64,000 nucleotides of DNA from Eledone cirrhosa (Eukaryota), in assembly GCA_964016885.1 (NCBI GenBank), contig OZ024756.1:37262001-37326000 (forward strand), written 5' to 3'. Both the position numbers and the translations under genes were made by a program. The notes beneath the pieces were generated by a model that saw only the letters and a list, made by a program, of their open reading frames with translations, searched no databases and had not been told where the DNA came from. Of the stretch, positions 42,530 to 56,769 are shown piece after piece (positions within the stretch are counted from its first letter, which is position 1; the number at the start of each line of letters is the position of its first letter).

Positions 42530-43523
42530 ATATACATATGAATAAAACAATGTGGTCTCTGATCGAGACGAAGAAAGACTGTATTTGAATACTTATAATA
42601 ATGAGAAGAATCATCGCTAGAAGAGCCGTTAAGACAGCTAAATGCTGTCAAAGAAAACGATGAGCAAAATTGCCTCAGAGGACAGAGACCTGTGGCTAGT
42701 GGTCAACAGAGAGGCAATCTACAAGGTGCGTGACAGGTAGATGAAATATAGAAATGATTGAAAGAGAAGGAGAACAAGGACAAGTGTGTTGGTGCATAGA
42801 AATGACTGGAAGAAGGAAATAAAGAAAGGCGATGTAGAAGAGTTTACACACACTCATATCTTCACCCCCATCAGCTCTTAAACCAGCAAAATGGTTTCGC
42901 ACGATTTAATTGAGAGTACCATTTTAAAATGCTGGATCGTGCGACAGAAAAATAAATCTTTCTGCTGGTATGATGTGTGTGTGATAAAACAAACAGCACA
43001 GATAGAAGGACGTCTTTTTGGCGCCGCGGTCTGGATTTTGTTTCATGTAAACAGACATTCGTTTCATTCTGACGTCACCAGCCATGTCTCTCCGTGTGCG
43101 TTTATTTTTCATAATTACGTACGAGGTGAACTAGCCTGTCTTTAAATTCCATTTTTGGCATATTCTACAGTGGGATTAGTGGTTATCGTGTTTGAGCTCT
43201 GCTGATGAACGATGAAAAAAAAATGACCATCCCCACTGAAAGTTTCGCGAAATATTCTTTTTAAGACTATACAGAGCATTTGTAGTTTTTCCAAATTGAA
43301 GGATGAGTATTTAGACTTTATTTTATTCTGAGTTAAGGCTCTATTGATTGTTCCCTGGATTTCACAAAATTCTGTGGATGAATCTATGTCTTGATTTTTT
43401 TTTAATTGAGTTTGAATTATTTTCCCACATCTTACGTTAACTATTTTCCCATTTTGACGTTATAGTCACTTATATATTATGAAATACTGTTGGCTTCTAG
43501 CTCACATTAATTTCTATACTTTA

Positions 43524-43565
<42 letters not shown>

Positions 43566-43790
43566 TGTGTGTGTGTGTGTGCGTCTGTAACAGTCTTTAT
43601 TCCCCAATTTTTCAGAAAACTCCCTCCCTTCCTCCCCTTAAGTTTATCTTCCTCTTATTCTCTATGCACTCCACCCACTACTTTCTTCCCTCCTACCACC
43701 ATTACTGTCTAAACTGTGAAAACTTGTAGAGCGATAAACTCCTTCTCCTCCGTATTTTTCCTCATTTTCTCTCTCACACTCTCTCTCACT

Positions 43791-43838
<48 letters not shown>

Positions 43839-43972
43839 ACACATAGACATACACACACACAGACTTTCTCCTTTTATCTATCTACCTATCACACTAGATT
43901 TATCTCTCTCGGTCTCTCTCTCTCTCTCTCTCACTCTCTCTCTCGCTACCAATATATGTATGTATGTGCATG

Positions 43973-44039
<67 letters not shown>

Positions 44040-44221
44040 ACGTATGTATGTATGTGTATGTATGTATATATATATATATATATACATGCATACATATATA
44101 TTTACGCACATACATACAGTCACACACAGTCACGCACACATACACACTCACTGACACAGTCACGCACACACATAAACACACACAGATGCACACACGCAGA
44201 TGCTACCAACGAGACTAATTC

Positions 44222-44333
<112 letters not shown>

Positions 44334-44607
44334 CCAAAAGTTTAACATATTTAATATATATACACACACATATATATATATGTGTGTGTGTGTGCGTGTC
44401 TGTGTGTGCGTGTCTGTGTGTGCTTGTGTGTGTGCAAGTGTGTGTGTGTATGAACGCCTGTGTGTCACTGCAAACAGTGACAGATAGCAGAAGAAAATGA
44501 CAAAAAAGTGGGCGTGACTTAACTGACACAAAAATCACAGAGGCGCGTGTGCGCACGCGTTCAACTACTTTATACACGCCTTCACATAGACACATACAGA
44601 CCGCCCC

Positions 44608-44670
<63 letters not shown>

Positions 44671-44696
44671 CATTATATATACATACATACATACAA

Positions 44697-44727
<31 letters not shown>

Positions 44728-45108
44728 TATAGATATATATGTCTGTATATATAAAGCTATGTATATATCTATGTATGTATGTATACAGTCACATACATAT
44801 ACGCATACCTATTGATATGCAGCAACATGTGTATAAATATATACACATATATACGCACATGCCAACACGCTTCTGCCACTCGCTAAATTAACTCGCACAT
44901 GTGCTCAAATATATACACCCATATCATAATATACACACTTATATATATGAGAGTGTGTGTATGCATGTGTGTATGTGTTTGTATATGTATATGTATATGT
45001 GTATGTGTATGTGTGTATGTATGAGATTGAATATATATTTATATGTATACGTGCATCGTGTAGTGTATGTACGCATGTATATATATGTATATATATATAT
45101 ACATACAT

Positions 45109-45159
<51 letters not shown>

Positions 45160-45335
45160 ATATATAATATATATATATATATATGATGTAGATTATATAT
45201 ATGCATTTATGTATATATTTATATATGTTTTTCTCTACACATAAACATACACATATACATATGTACTATCTCTCGCATATACATACATACACATTAATGT
45301 ACACCCTCTAACACATACACTACACTACACATACA

Positions 45336-45373
<38 letters not shown>

Positions 45374-45509
45374 GTATGTGTATGTGTGTGTCTATGTGTT
45401 TATGCCTGTGTACATATATACGTTAGTATGTATATATATATATATGCATATACATATGTGTGAATATGTATAAGTATCTATATAAATATATATATATATA
45501 TGTATGTGC

Positions 45510-45568
<59 letters not shown>

Positions 45569-45690
45569 ATCATACATACATAGACCAGACACACGTCCCA
45601 CATACACACACATATACATACATTGCATTGTACTGTATTTACATTACTCAAAATTCACACTTAACGAGTGTCGTGCGCGCTTACGGTGAG

Positions 45691-45701
45691 TGCGCATGCG
45701 C
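45691..45701. promoter_or_regulatory. Candidate NRF1/ewg site in a CpG-rich patch ~2 kb upstream of the SNAG exon
   Basis: TGCGCATGCGC matches the NRF1 consensus. Confidence 0.35.
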
Positions 45702-46111
45702 CAGACCCCCCCCCCCCCCCCCCATCACCGACAACCACCCATCTGCCACCATCCGTTCGGCCTTGTCCCTCATATTCCGCCCACTTACCCGGGCACCAGG
45801 CCACACATCGCCCTGTCCTGCCCCCCCCCCCCCCCCCAATCACACCTTGGTCACACCCATTCACTAGTACCATCTTTTCCTCCACCCCTTTCCGCCAACT
45901 CACACACACATACACACACACATACAGACATAGACACACACATATACACACATACAGAGAGAGAGAGAGAGAGAGAGACACACACACACACTAACAGCTA
46001 TACAATTGCATATGCACTATATCTACTGACATACATATACATACACTAAAATGACACACGTACATAGACACAAGTGTGTGTATATATATAAATATATATA
46101 TATATACACAA

Positions 46112-46148
<37 letters not shown>

Positions 46149-46419
46149 CAATAAAATACATATACATACATATATCCATACATAAATATATACATACATA
46201 CATTCATACATACATAGTACATACATACATATATACATCCATACATCCATACGTACATACATACATTCATAGTACATACATACATACATACATACATACA
46301 TACATAGTACATACATATATACATTCATATATACATATATACATACATACATGCATACATACATACATGCATACATACATATACATTCACACACACATAC
46401 ATTCATTCATAAACACACC

Positions 46420-46464
<45 letters not shown>

Positions 46465-46633
46465 CATTATATACACAAAGAAACACGCACCATCCGGCAC
46501 ATAGCTGATGACACACACACATATATACACACACATACATATATACATACATATATACATACTCACACATATAAGCACATATATACATGCGCACACACGA
46601 TGACAAAAATCACTAACACAAACACACACACAG

Positions 46634-46668
<35 letters not shown>

Positions 46669-46814
46669 GTATGCACACATAAGCCCTACCCCTAACACAC
46701 ACGAACGAACGCGCGTGGACGGCATAAGGCCCAAACCCATACAGACACACACACATATACTTACACTGACAATGACGCAGACACACAGACACTGTGATAG
46801 ACTCATACATCCCT

Positions 46815-46853
<39 letters not shown>

Positions 46854-47089
46854 GTGACACATGCACACACAAAAGCACGCGCACGACGACAAACAGTCGA
46901 ACACATACACACCCACAAGCTACACACCCACAAACACATTCACACATATCTCTTAACACACATACCTAAACACACACATATACACAGACATACACACTTA
47001 TCTTGGTTGGCTTACCTTCTAACACAAGTCCTCCACCATCTCATCTTCCAGCCCCACACCGCCAACCCACCCCTCATCAGACAGGTTCT

Positions 47090-47379
47090 CTCAATTCGTC
47101 AGCATGGGACCCCGGGTTGTGCGCGCGCGGGCAGGCGGGCAGGCAGGCAGGCAGGCAAGAGAGGGTGGTCTGGTTATGGTAGGGCGGAAGGGTTGCCCTC
47201 GATTTTTCTCCCCCACATTCCACCCTTTCACCCCACACCACACCAACTCTCACATCCCTGCCCCTCCTTGCCTGCCTGCCCGCCTGCCCGCCCGCCTGTC
47301 TCTTTCTCAATGGTCTCCCCCCCCCCTCCCTCTCGCCCGCCCCGCGTTCCAAACCAAACTTGTTGCAGCACACCTCCCG

Positions 47380-47418
<39 letters not shown>

Positions 47419-47661
47419 TCCCTCCCGCCCTCTTTCTTTATATCTCTCTCTCCCTCGCTTCATCCCACCCTCTCTCTCTCTCTCGCATACACTCAATCCC
47501 GCCCTTCCTCTCTCTCTATATCTCTCATTCTCTGCTCTGCTCTCTGCTGGCGAGCGTTGCTTAAGTTAAATATTGTAGACATACACCGCTCAAGCTAAGG
47601 CGACACGCGCAAACACAGTAGCCACGGCTTCATACGCCTGTTGTCAAGCACGGAGCAAGCA
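47090..47661 (+). promoter_or_regulatory. Probable promoter/5'UTR of the SNAG-domain gene
   Basis: Locally GC/CpG-rich (GCGCGCGCGGGCAGGCGGG, CCCGCCC boxes, CT tracts) unique sequence directly upstream of the ATG. TSS not determinable. Confidence 0.5.
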
Positions 47662-47782
47662 ATGCCACGCTCCTTTCTCTTCACAAATAAGCGATACTTT
47701 GCGGCTGGTTTGCCAGTGAGCAGCCCAACGAATTATGCTTACACAACATACACACAGAACCACGATAGCGAGGGCGAACATG
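47662..47782 (+). CDS. First coding exon of a SNAG-domain transcriptional repressor (Snail/Scratch/Gfi/Ovo/Insm-type C2H2 zinc-finger protein; family unresolved)
   Basis: ATG in purine -3 context (GCAATG) gives MPRSFLFTNKRYFAAGLPVSSPTNYAYTTYTQNHDSEGEH. MPRSFL is the SNAG core, which must be N-terminal. Phase-1 donor G|GTAAAT at 47783 is followed by an intronic (ATCT)n tract. Confidence 0.8.
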
Positions 47783-47860
47783 GTAAATATCTATCAATCA
47801 ATCTATCTATTAATCTATCTATCTACCCATCCATTTATCTATAAATCTATCTATCTATCG

Positions 47861-47926
<66 letters not shown>

Positions 47927-48219
47927 TTATCTATCTGTCTGTCTGTGCATCTATCTATCTATCTAATCTATCGATCAATCTGTGTATCTATCTGTATTTA
48001 TATCGATTTCCATATCGATATCTGTATGTATTGATCTGTGTATATATTTGAATGCCATTTTGTCTGTCTCTGTTTTGTCACTGATGAACTGTTTAGCTTT
48101 TTATTTTATATTTACGTTTAATGTTTGCATATAAACACACATGCATACATACACACACACATACATACACATACATACATACATACATACATACATACAT
48201 ACATACATACATACATACA

Positions 48220-48253
<34 letters not shown>

Positions 48254-48295
48254 CATATATATATACATACATATATACATATATATATATACATG

Positions 48296-48339
<44 letters not shown>

Positions 48340-48376
48340 CGATTTGTTTGTAAATGAATCGATGATATATATACAA

Positions 48377-48462
<86 letters not shown>

Positions 48463-48623
48463 AGTGAAATTCGAAAGATAATATAATGTAGGTGTGTGTT
48501 CGATGTGTATTGAACCACGTTTAATCACCTGCTGATCACAGTAACTAATCAACATGTATAGACACATGTGGACAATGACTCTTCTATTGGATTTATTCAT
48601 TTACATGCAAGCATGTATATGTC

Positions 48624-48654
<31 letters not shown>

Positions 48655-48778
48655 AGTTTATCCCGGGTTCAATCGGGGGTAACCACAGTAAGGTACTCAA
48701 TACAAAGCAGAGTATAAATATTTAATATAGAAATGGCTTCTACAGGACTAGAACTGTTTCATTCGGGAGAAATCATCA
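48655..48778 (-). mobile_element. TA-inserted element family E with 5'-clipped hammerhead core
   Basis: Minus strand (TA)n-TGATGA-tTTC-tccc-GAAt-GAAACAGTTCTAGTCCTGTAGAA...; other pieces at 34205-34233, 42338-42417, 52095-52135 and 56147-56187. Confidence 0.7.
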
Positions 48779-48810
48779 TATATAAATATACATATATATA
48801 TATATATATA

Positions 48811-49002
<192 letters not shown>

Positions 49003-49564
49003 TATAAACAAAGCAAAAATGTGGTATAATGATTTTTTTAAAAATAAAATTTCCACCATATATATATACTATGCTTAGTGTGTTATTCCTTATACATGCA
49101 TCTATACACACATGCACATGTATGTAAATATCTTTGTATTTGTATATGTGTATGTGTATGTGGTATATATAGGTGTGTTTGTCTGTGTGCGAGCGTGTGT
49201 ATGTGTGTGTTTGTCTGTGTGCGAGCGTGTGTATGTGATTGTAACATTCCATGAGTGTACAGGTGCGAGTTGTATTTTATGTGCAAATCAGATATCACAG
49301 TAATCTCACCTAACAGCTTACCGGCGCCGCCACCTTACACACCACCATACAGTCCCCGTACAACCACCACCACCACCACCACCACCACACAACCACCACC
49401 ATCACCACCACCACATAACAACCACCACCACCACCACACAACCACCACCACCATCACACAACCACCATCACCACCACCATCACCGCCACCACTGCTCAAC
49501 CACCACACACCACCATATGATTACTGCACAGCTACTCCCACCCCACCAGACAACCACCACACAC

Positions 49565-49617
<53 letters not shown>

Positions 49618-49655
49618 TAGCAACGACACCGCCAACAATTGCAAAATTAACACTG

Positions 49656-49691
<36 letters not shown>

Positions 49692-49888
49692 GGATCCTAC
49701 TATCATAATTCTACCATCACAACCAACCCCATCACAACCACCACCACCACCACCATCACCATCATCACAACCACCACTACCATCACAACCACCACCAGCA
49801 CCACAACCACCAGCACCACAACCACTGCTATTACAACCATCAAAACAACAACAACTAGGGATGCAATAAATAAATATAAATATATATA

Positions 49889-50148
49889 TAGAAGCTTTCA
49901 CCGTATTTTTTGACTAAAGAAATTTTAGCCTGATAATGGGGTTTAGAACTCTCAGAGAAATGGAAAAAGATGAGTATTGACGTACATGGGGATCGAACCC
50001 ACATCTTTGGTTATCCAGACTCATCTTTTTCCATTTCTCTGAGGGTTCTAAACCCCAATATCAGGCTAAAATTTCTTTAGTAAAAAAAATACGGTGAAAG
50101 CTTCTATTTTCTAATTTCAAACTTGCTCGCTGTTTCAAAACATACTTA

Positions 50149-50152
<4 letters not shown>
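49889..50152 (+). mobile_element. Fold-back TA-inserted element family B (87-bp arms, tRNA-like loop, 46-bp tail)
   Basis: 49889-49975 is the reverse complement of 50019-50106. The loop on the minus strand reads CCAAAGATGTGGGTTCGATCCCCA (tRNA T-arm/B box). Confidence 0.8.
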
Positions 50153-50235
<83 letters not shown>

Positions 50236-50569
50236 TAAAATAACAGATTAAAGTTTAAAGTTTAAGCAAAGAATCGCTGCTTTCACCCTTAACGGGATCT
50301 TCTGAAACTAACAAAGTCAATCTGTAAACGCAGAACTGGATATTTCAAAGCTAATAGCGATACTCCGGCCAAATCCCAACTCACTCAACAAACATTAGTG
50401 TAATACATAAATACGCTTTAAAGACAATATATCGACCCCCATAGTGTTCAATAACTGGGTAAGTTATTGAGAAAACGAAGGAGGGAGGGAAGGAAAATAG
50501 AAGGGAAAAGGGGAAAGGGAAGAAAAGAGAATATATACATACATACATATGTATATATATATATATAGA

Positions 50570-50665
50570 TTAGAGAATTGGATTCGCAATCGTGAGGTTT
50601 TGAGTTCGATTCCCGGACCGGGCGATGCGTTATGTCCTTGAGCAAGACACTTTATTTCACGTTGC
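50570..50665 (+). mobile_element. CORE-type SINE head fragment
   Basis: GAGTTCGATTCCCGGACCGGGCG...TGTCCTTGAGCAAGACACTTTATTTCACGTTGC. Confidence 0.8.
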
Positions 50666-51191
50666 GACCGATAGAAAGTGTTAGCAAATCGGACCAACGG
50701 AAACATTGTTTCCTCGGTCCGATTTGACGAAAGTCGATCGTTCCATTTCTATATTATAAACACATCCTATATGTTTGAGTGTAGTAAACATTAAATCCAT
50801 GTGTACCAAACTTTATCACCAACATTTAGATTGATCATAGATTACTACTACTTCTACTACTACTATTACTACTTCTACCACTTCTACTACTACTACTACT
50901 ACCATAAATACACCACCAAATAGTTACAACAACTGCAACTGCAACAACAACTGCAACTACAGCAACAAGACTAACACTGACGTGTTCCCGACTGGATCTA
51001 AAGATATTTGATTTACTGGTAAGAATTCTTGATATAAATGATAGGGGGTGGAGTGACATAGAGAGAGGGTGGAGTGACATAGAGAGAGGGTGGAGTGACA
51101 TAGAGGAGGTGATAGTAAGAGAGAGAGGGAGGAGAGGGATAGAGAGAATAAAAATAGATAGATTGATAGATTGATAGATAGATAGATAGAT

Positions 51192-51360
51192 ATGTTCCTT
51201 TATTAGCCACAGGGGCACAAAAGAAGGGGACAATACAAAGGGGGAAGTTTACATACAATAAAAACGTAAAATACTATCACAAATGCAATTTAAAAATTAA
51301 TCGATTTTCCCCAATAGGGGGAGACATTACATATGGGTAACACATACCCCCGAAAAAATG
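51192..51360 (-). mobile_element. Tx1/L1-like 3' end in (GATA)n, copy 2
   Basis: Minus strand ends GCCCCTGTGGCTAATAAAGGAACAT(ATCT)n; homologous to 3048-3252. Confidence 0.55.
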
Positions 51361-51508
51361 TTAGATAGATAGATAGATGCACAGACAGAGAGAGGTGGAA
51401 GAGAGAGGGGTAAATAAATAGATTTATAGGTAGAAAAAGGTTGTAGAAAGAGGGGACATAGGAAAGTTTTCTGTTAAAAGAAACACCTTTCTTGAAATAC
51501 CCAGTATA

Positions 51509-51557
<49 letters not shown>

Positions 51558-51735
51558 CAATGTCTGTGTGTGGATGTATGTGTAACAATGTGTGTGTGTG
51601 AATGTATGTAACAATTTGTGTATTTGTGCATGTGTGGGTATGTGTATGCATGCATGTGTGTGTGTAGATGTATGTTCAATTTTTATCTATTAAGATTCGA
51701 TTTTTCTAGTTTCTAAATATACTCATTCATATATG

Positions 51736-51825
<90 letters not shown>

Positions 51826-51829
51826 TATG

Positions 51830-51861
<32 letters not shown>

Positions 51862-51884
51862 ATACATATGTATATATACATATG

Positions 51885-51916
<32 letters not shown>

Positions 51917-52007
51917 AGTACATGTAATCATACATGTATGTATGTTTATACATAAATGCTTGCATGCTTGCATAAAAGCATAGTTACATGCATATACACA
52001 TATATGC

Positions 52008-52092
<85 letters not shown>

Positions 52093-52634
52093 GATTCTAC
52101 AGGACTAGAACTGTTTCATTCTTTAGAAATCATCATATATATATACATATAAAATTTCTAATGTAAACATGTAGCCACATACATACCTGTTTAACACACA
52201 CACACACACACATTTATGTGTGTGTGTGTGTCTGTCTGTATATATGTGTGTATGTGTGTGTGTGTGTGTGTGTGTTTATTTGTTTCTGAATCTTCTACCT
52301 GAATGATGAGAAAGACAGACAGAGAGACAGAGAGAGAGACAGAGAGAGAGACAGAGAGACAGACAGAGAGACTGAGAGACAGACAGAGAGACAGAGAGAC
52401 AGAGAGAGAGACAGAGAGACAGAGAGACTGAGAGACAGACAGAGAGACAGAGACACAGACAGAGAGACTGAGAGACAGACAGACAGACAGAGAGACAGAC
52501 AGCGAGACAGATGTGTTGCTGTGGGGTATGTCTATGGGGTGGGACTAGGGTGGGGTCGGGTGTTGTATTTTAAGTTGTTTACTAACAAAACAATGTCTTA
52601 CTCACCATCCACCTCTCACACACACATACTACAC

Positions 52635-52672
<38 letters not shown>

Positions 52673-53007
52673 ACACCACACACACCACACACCTACATAT
52701 ACTACACCACACACACACACATATATATATAATACCACACACACACACGGCACACATACATATACTACACCACACACACACACACATATATATATATAAC
52801 ACCACACACACCACACACCTACATATACTACACCACACATACACACATATATATATAATACCACACACACGGCACACATACATATACTACATCACATACA
52901 CACACACACACATATATATAATACCACACACCACACACTACACACATACATATACTACACCACATACACACACACATATATATAATACCACATACACACA
53001 CACCAGC

Positions 53008-53190
53008 TTGGCAGTATCAGTAGAGGGTCGGACGCCATGCTTTCCAGCAGAGTTACGTCCCTTTACGGTCTGAGTTCAAATCCCGCCGAGGTCAACTTTG
53101 CCTTTCATCCTTACGGGGTCGATACAATAAAGTACCAGTAATACACTGGGGTAATTGCTGGCCTTGTGCCAAAAGTAGAAACAATTATTA
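53008..53190 (+). mobile_element. SINE S1, near full length
   Basis: TTGGCAGTATCAGTAGAGGGTCGGACGCC...GAGTTCAAATCCCGCC...GGCCTTGTGCCAAAAGTAGAAAC. Confidence 0.9.
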
Positions 53191-53453
53191 TTAAATGATA
53201 AAGAAATTATTATTATTATTGTCATCACCACCATCACCACCACCACCATCACCATCACCACCACCATCACCATCATCACCATCACCATCACCATCATCAC
53301 CATCATCACCATCACCATCACCATCATCACCATCACCATCACCATCACCATCACCATCATTATCTCCATCATTATGACCAATACCATCATCATCACCGTC
53401 ATATCACAGTTAGAAGTTCCTCCATCATCACCGCCACCGCCGCCTCATCTCAA

Positions 53454-53500
<47 letters not shown>

Positions 53501-54198
53501 TCTTCTTCTTCTTCTTCTTCTTCTTCTTCTTCTTCTTCTTCTTCTTCTTCTTTTCTTCATCCTCCTTTCTGCCCTCTACCACCACCATCACCATCATCAC
53601 CACCATCACCATCACCACCACCATCACCATCATCACCATCATCATCACCATCACCACCATCACCATCACCACCATCACCATCATCACCACCATCACCACC
53701 ATCATCATAACCATCACCATCACCATCACCATCATCATCACCATCAACAACAACATCAAATTACGACCACCATTCTTACCACCACCTCTTCCATCACCGC
53801 CACCACTACCACACCACCACCTCCACTGCCACCACCACCACCTCCTCCATCACCGCCACCACTACCACACCACCACCTCCACTGCCACCACCACCACCTC
53901 CTCCATCACCGCCACCACTACCACACCACCACCTCCACTGCCACCACCACCACCACCACCTCCTCCACTGCCACCACCACCACCTCCACTGCCACCACCA
54001 CCACCACCACCTCCTCCACTGCCATCACGACCTCCTCCATCACCACCACCACCGCCGCCACCCGTGCAAGCAGCCTCCTCCCTTCCATCCGTGCCAGCAA
54101 CAGGGAATTTGGCATCTGGCATTCATTAGTCTAGGACAGGCGGCACGTGCCCAGGATGCAACAGGAGTGTGTGCGTGTGTGTGTGTGTGTGTGTGTGC

Positions 54199-54247
<49 letters not shown>

Positions 54248-54641
54248 TGTCTGTGTCTGTGTGTTTGTCTGTGTGTCTGTGTGTGCGTGTATGTCTGTGT
54301 CTGTGTGTTTGTCTGTGTGTCTGTGTGTGTGTGTCTATGTGTGTGTGTCTGTGTGTGCGTGTATGTCTATGGGTGTGTGTTTGTCTGTGTGTCTGTCTAG
54401 TGTAGGAGGCGGGATGACGACTGATGGTGATGGCGGTGGTGGTGTTGGTGGTGGAGGTGGGGGGATAAGGATGGAAGTCGTGGTGGTGGTGGTGGGGGTG
54501 GTGGTGGTGGTGAGAGGTGAGGCTTCTTCATCTGTGTTCCTCTGGCCATGTGGGTGGGTGTGAGGGGTATACGCATCCCTCGCTTTCAGGCAACACATTA
54601 ATAAGCGTCTACATATATCTATCTATCTCTCTATCTATCTC

Positions 54642-54696
<55 letters not shown>

Positions 54697-54704
<8 letters not shown>

Positions 54705-54831
54705 AGTCCCTCATCAGTGATTTGCCGAAGATCATAGATATTTCATTGCATTAAAAATCAATATCTATGATCTTCGGCAAATCACTGATGAGGGACTTAT
54801 TTTATTACATGTTACCATGTGCTACCTGCAG

Positions 54832-54838
<7 letters not shown>
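54697..54838 (+). mobile_element. Fold-back TA-inserted element family C (46-bp perfect arms, ~33-bp tail)
   Basis: 54697-54742 is the reverse complement of 54760-54805; (TA)n on both sides. Confidence 0.8.
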
Positions 54839-54880
<42 letters not shown>

Positions 54881-54919
54881 GATATTAACAAATGGAAACT
54901 ATATTTATAAAACCATATT

Positions 54920-54984
54920 TATTTCATTATACATATTTCAAGGACATCAAGTTAAATTATGGTGTGCTTTCATCAGATAAAATA
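54920..54984 (-). ncRNA. Hammerhead ribozyme motif, diverged family D copy
   Basis: Minus strand TATTTTAT-CTGATGA-AAGcacaccataatttaacttgatgtcCTT-GAA-ATATGTAT-A-ATGAAATA. Core conserved, stem I kept with the G-U pair shifted. Confidence 0.72.
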
Positions 54985-55134
54985 TAATATAGAGCAGTTT
55001 TATAAATAAATATTGACATACCCTTAAAGAATGCGACCATTTCTGTTGGAAGCTCCAGGATAGTGGGGCTATAACTTTATTTATACTATTATGTAAATTA
55101 GTATTGGATATTTTTAAATAAGCCGTTGGGTACG

Positions 55135-55209
<75 letters not shown>

Positions 55210-55246
55210 ACAAGAGAGAGAAAAAAGAAAATATATATATATATAT

Positions 55247-55354
55247 TACGGAGGAGATGGACCATAACGCACCAGAGTACTCAATATTTAGGGTAGTAGA
55301 GTGGGTAATAGGAGAAAGTATGATCCCCGACGGCAGGGGTCATACTTTCTCCCA
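55247..55354 (-). mobile_element. Family A copy with short fold-back
   Basis: Tail plus GGAGAAAGTATGA...TCATACTTTCTCC hairpin; (TA)n flanks. Confidence 0.8.
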
Positions 55355-55433
<79 letters not shown>

Positions 55434-55437
<4 letters not shown>

Positions 55438-55651
55438 AACGAGTAGGACCCCGACAGCTGAGCTCAAGCCGTTTCGATGGCTAATTCTGGACTAAAAAAA
55501 AATGATTTTTTTTAGTCCAGAATTAGACGTCGAAACGGCTTGAGCTCAGCCGTCGGGGTCCTACTCGTTCCTATTACCCACTCTACTACCCTAAGTATTG
55601 AGTACTTTGGTGCGTTATGGTCCACCTGGTTCCTTACCACATTTCCTTCGT

Positions 55652-55653
<2 letters not shown>
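55434..55653 (+). mobile_element. Family A copy with the longest fold-back
   Basis: Arms extend to GGACTAAAAAAAA / TTTTTTTTAGTCC; full tail. Confidence 0.85.
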
Positions 55654-55698
<45 letters not shown>

Positions 55699-55765
55699 AA
55701 TTGAGGTTGTAATTAGTATTTTTGTCGGTGTCATCGATAATTTGTCGTTTTTGTGTGTGTGTCTG

Positions 55766-55809
<44 letters not shown>

Positions 55810-56070
55810 GTTGTATATGTGAGTGTCTGTGCATATACCTGTATGTGTGGTGCTTGTGAGTGTGTGTATATGTGTGTGTGTGTGTTTCTGAGCCCTAATC
55901 TGGGACCTTGTTTTGTTCTCTTACGTCACAGCATCTTAAGTTACCTTACAGAAATCTGGGGGCTTCTTTGCTGAAATGTATTCTCTTTCACTACCTCCTC
56001 CTCCTCCCAGCTTCCCCTCTTTCTCTTTACCACTGCATGACTGCATACTGAGGTTTTACATTGATGTATG

Positions 56071-56142
<72 letters not shown>

Positions 56143-56188
56143 TATATGAAAAGGTTCTAGTCCTGTAGAAGCAATTTCTATATTTAAT

Positions 56189-56225
<37 letters not shown>

Positions 56226-56769
56226 ATTTATATGTATGTATATAAATATAATGTAAATATATATATACATACATATGTATATATATATATATATATATAT
56301 ATTTAATTATGTCTCATATAAAATAATACAACCAGCTATCCACGAAATACTGATTAGTTAGTACCCCAAACACTAAATTGGGAAAATACTTAGGTATATC
56401 CTAATGATTGTTCTGTGAGATGGAGTTAGTCAGAGTATCGCTTAAGGCTTTCTCTGTTAATGTATTATATATATATATATATACACGCACGCACACACAC
56501 ATATATATATTTACATACACACAAAGCAACCCTTTTAATAACCTTATACGACACAGAGGGGGCGATATGGTGTAGCTATTCTAAACTAGATAACCAAAGC
56601 TACCCAGATAGATTATCAGATTGAGAAAAAGGTGTCGAACCCTTCCAATGTTTGGATAAATCACCTGAAGTCTTCTTATTGGAGGAAAAGGAGTTGATTG
56701 TCAGATCGAATAAGGAAAATTACATTTTCATTGATCTATCGATTGCTGATATTATCGGTTGGTTGCAAC

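Noticed and set aside
42550-42850. Possible exon or RTE remnant (EDRDLW-like)
   Set aside because: Stops in the frames examined and too little similarity to call by eye.
49292-49620. Phase-1 compatible exon encoding ISPNSLPAPPPYTPPYSPR
   Set aside because: Weak pyrimidine tract, and no credible donor before the frame runs into (CA)n/(TA)n and a stop.
56550-56690. Possible Penelope N-terminal remnant (YGVAILN...FQCLDKSP)
   Set aside because: Only two short degenerate motifs; needs a profile search.
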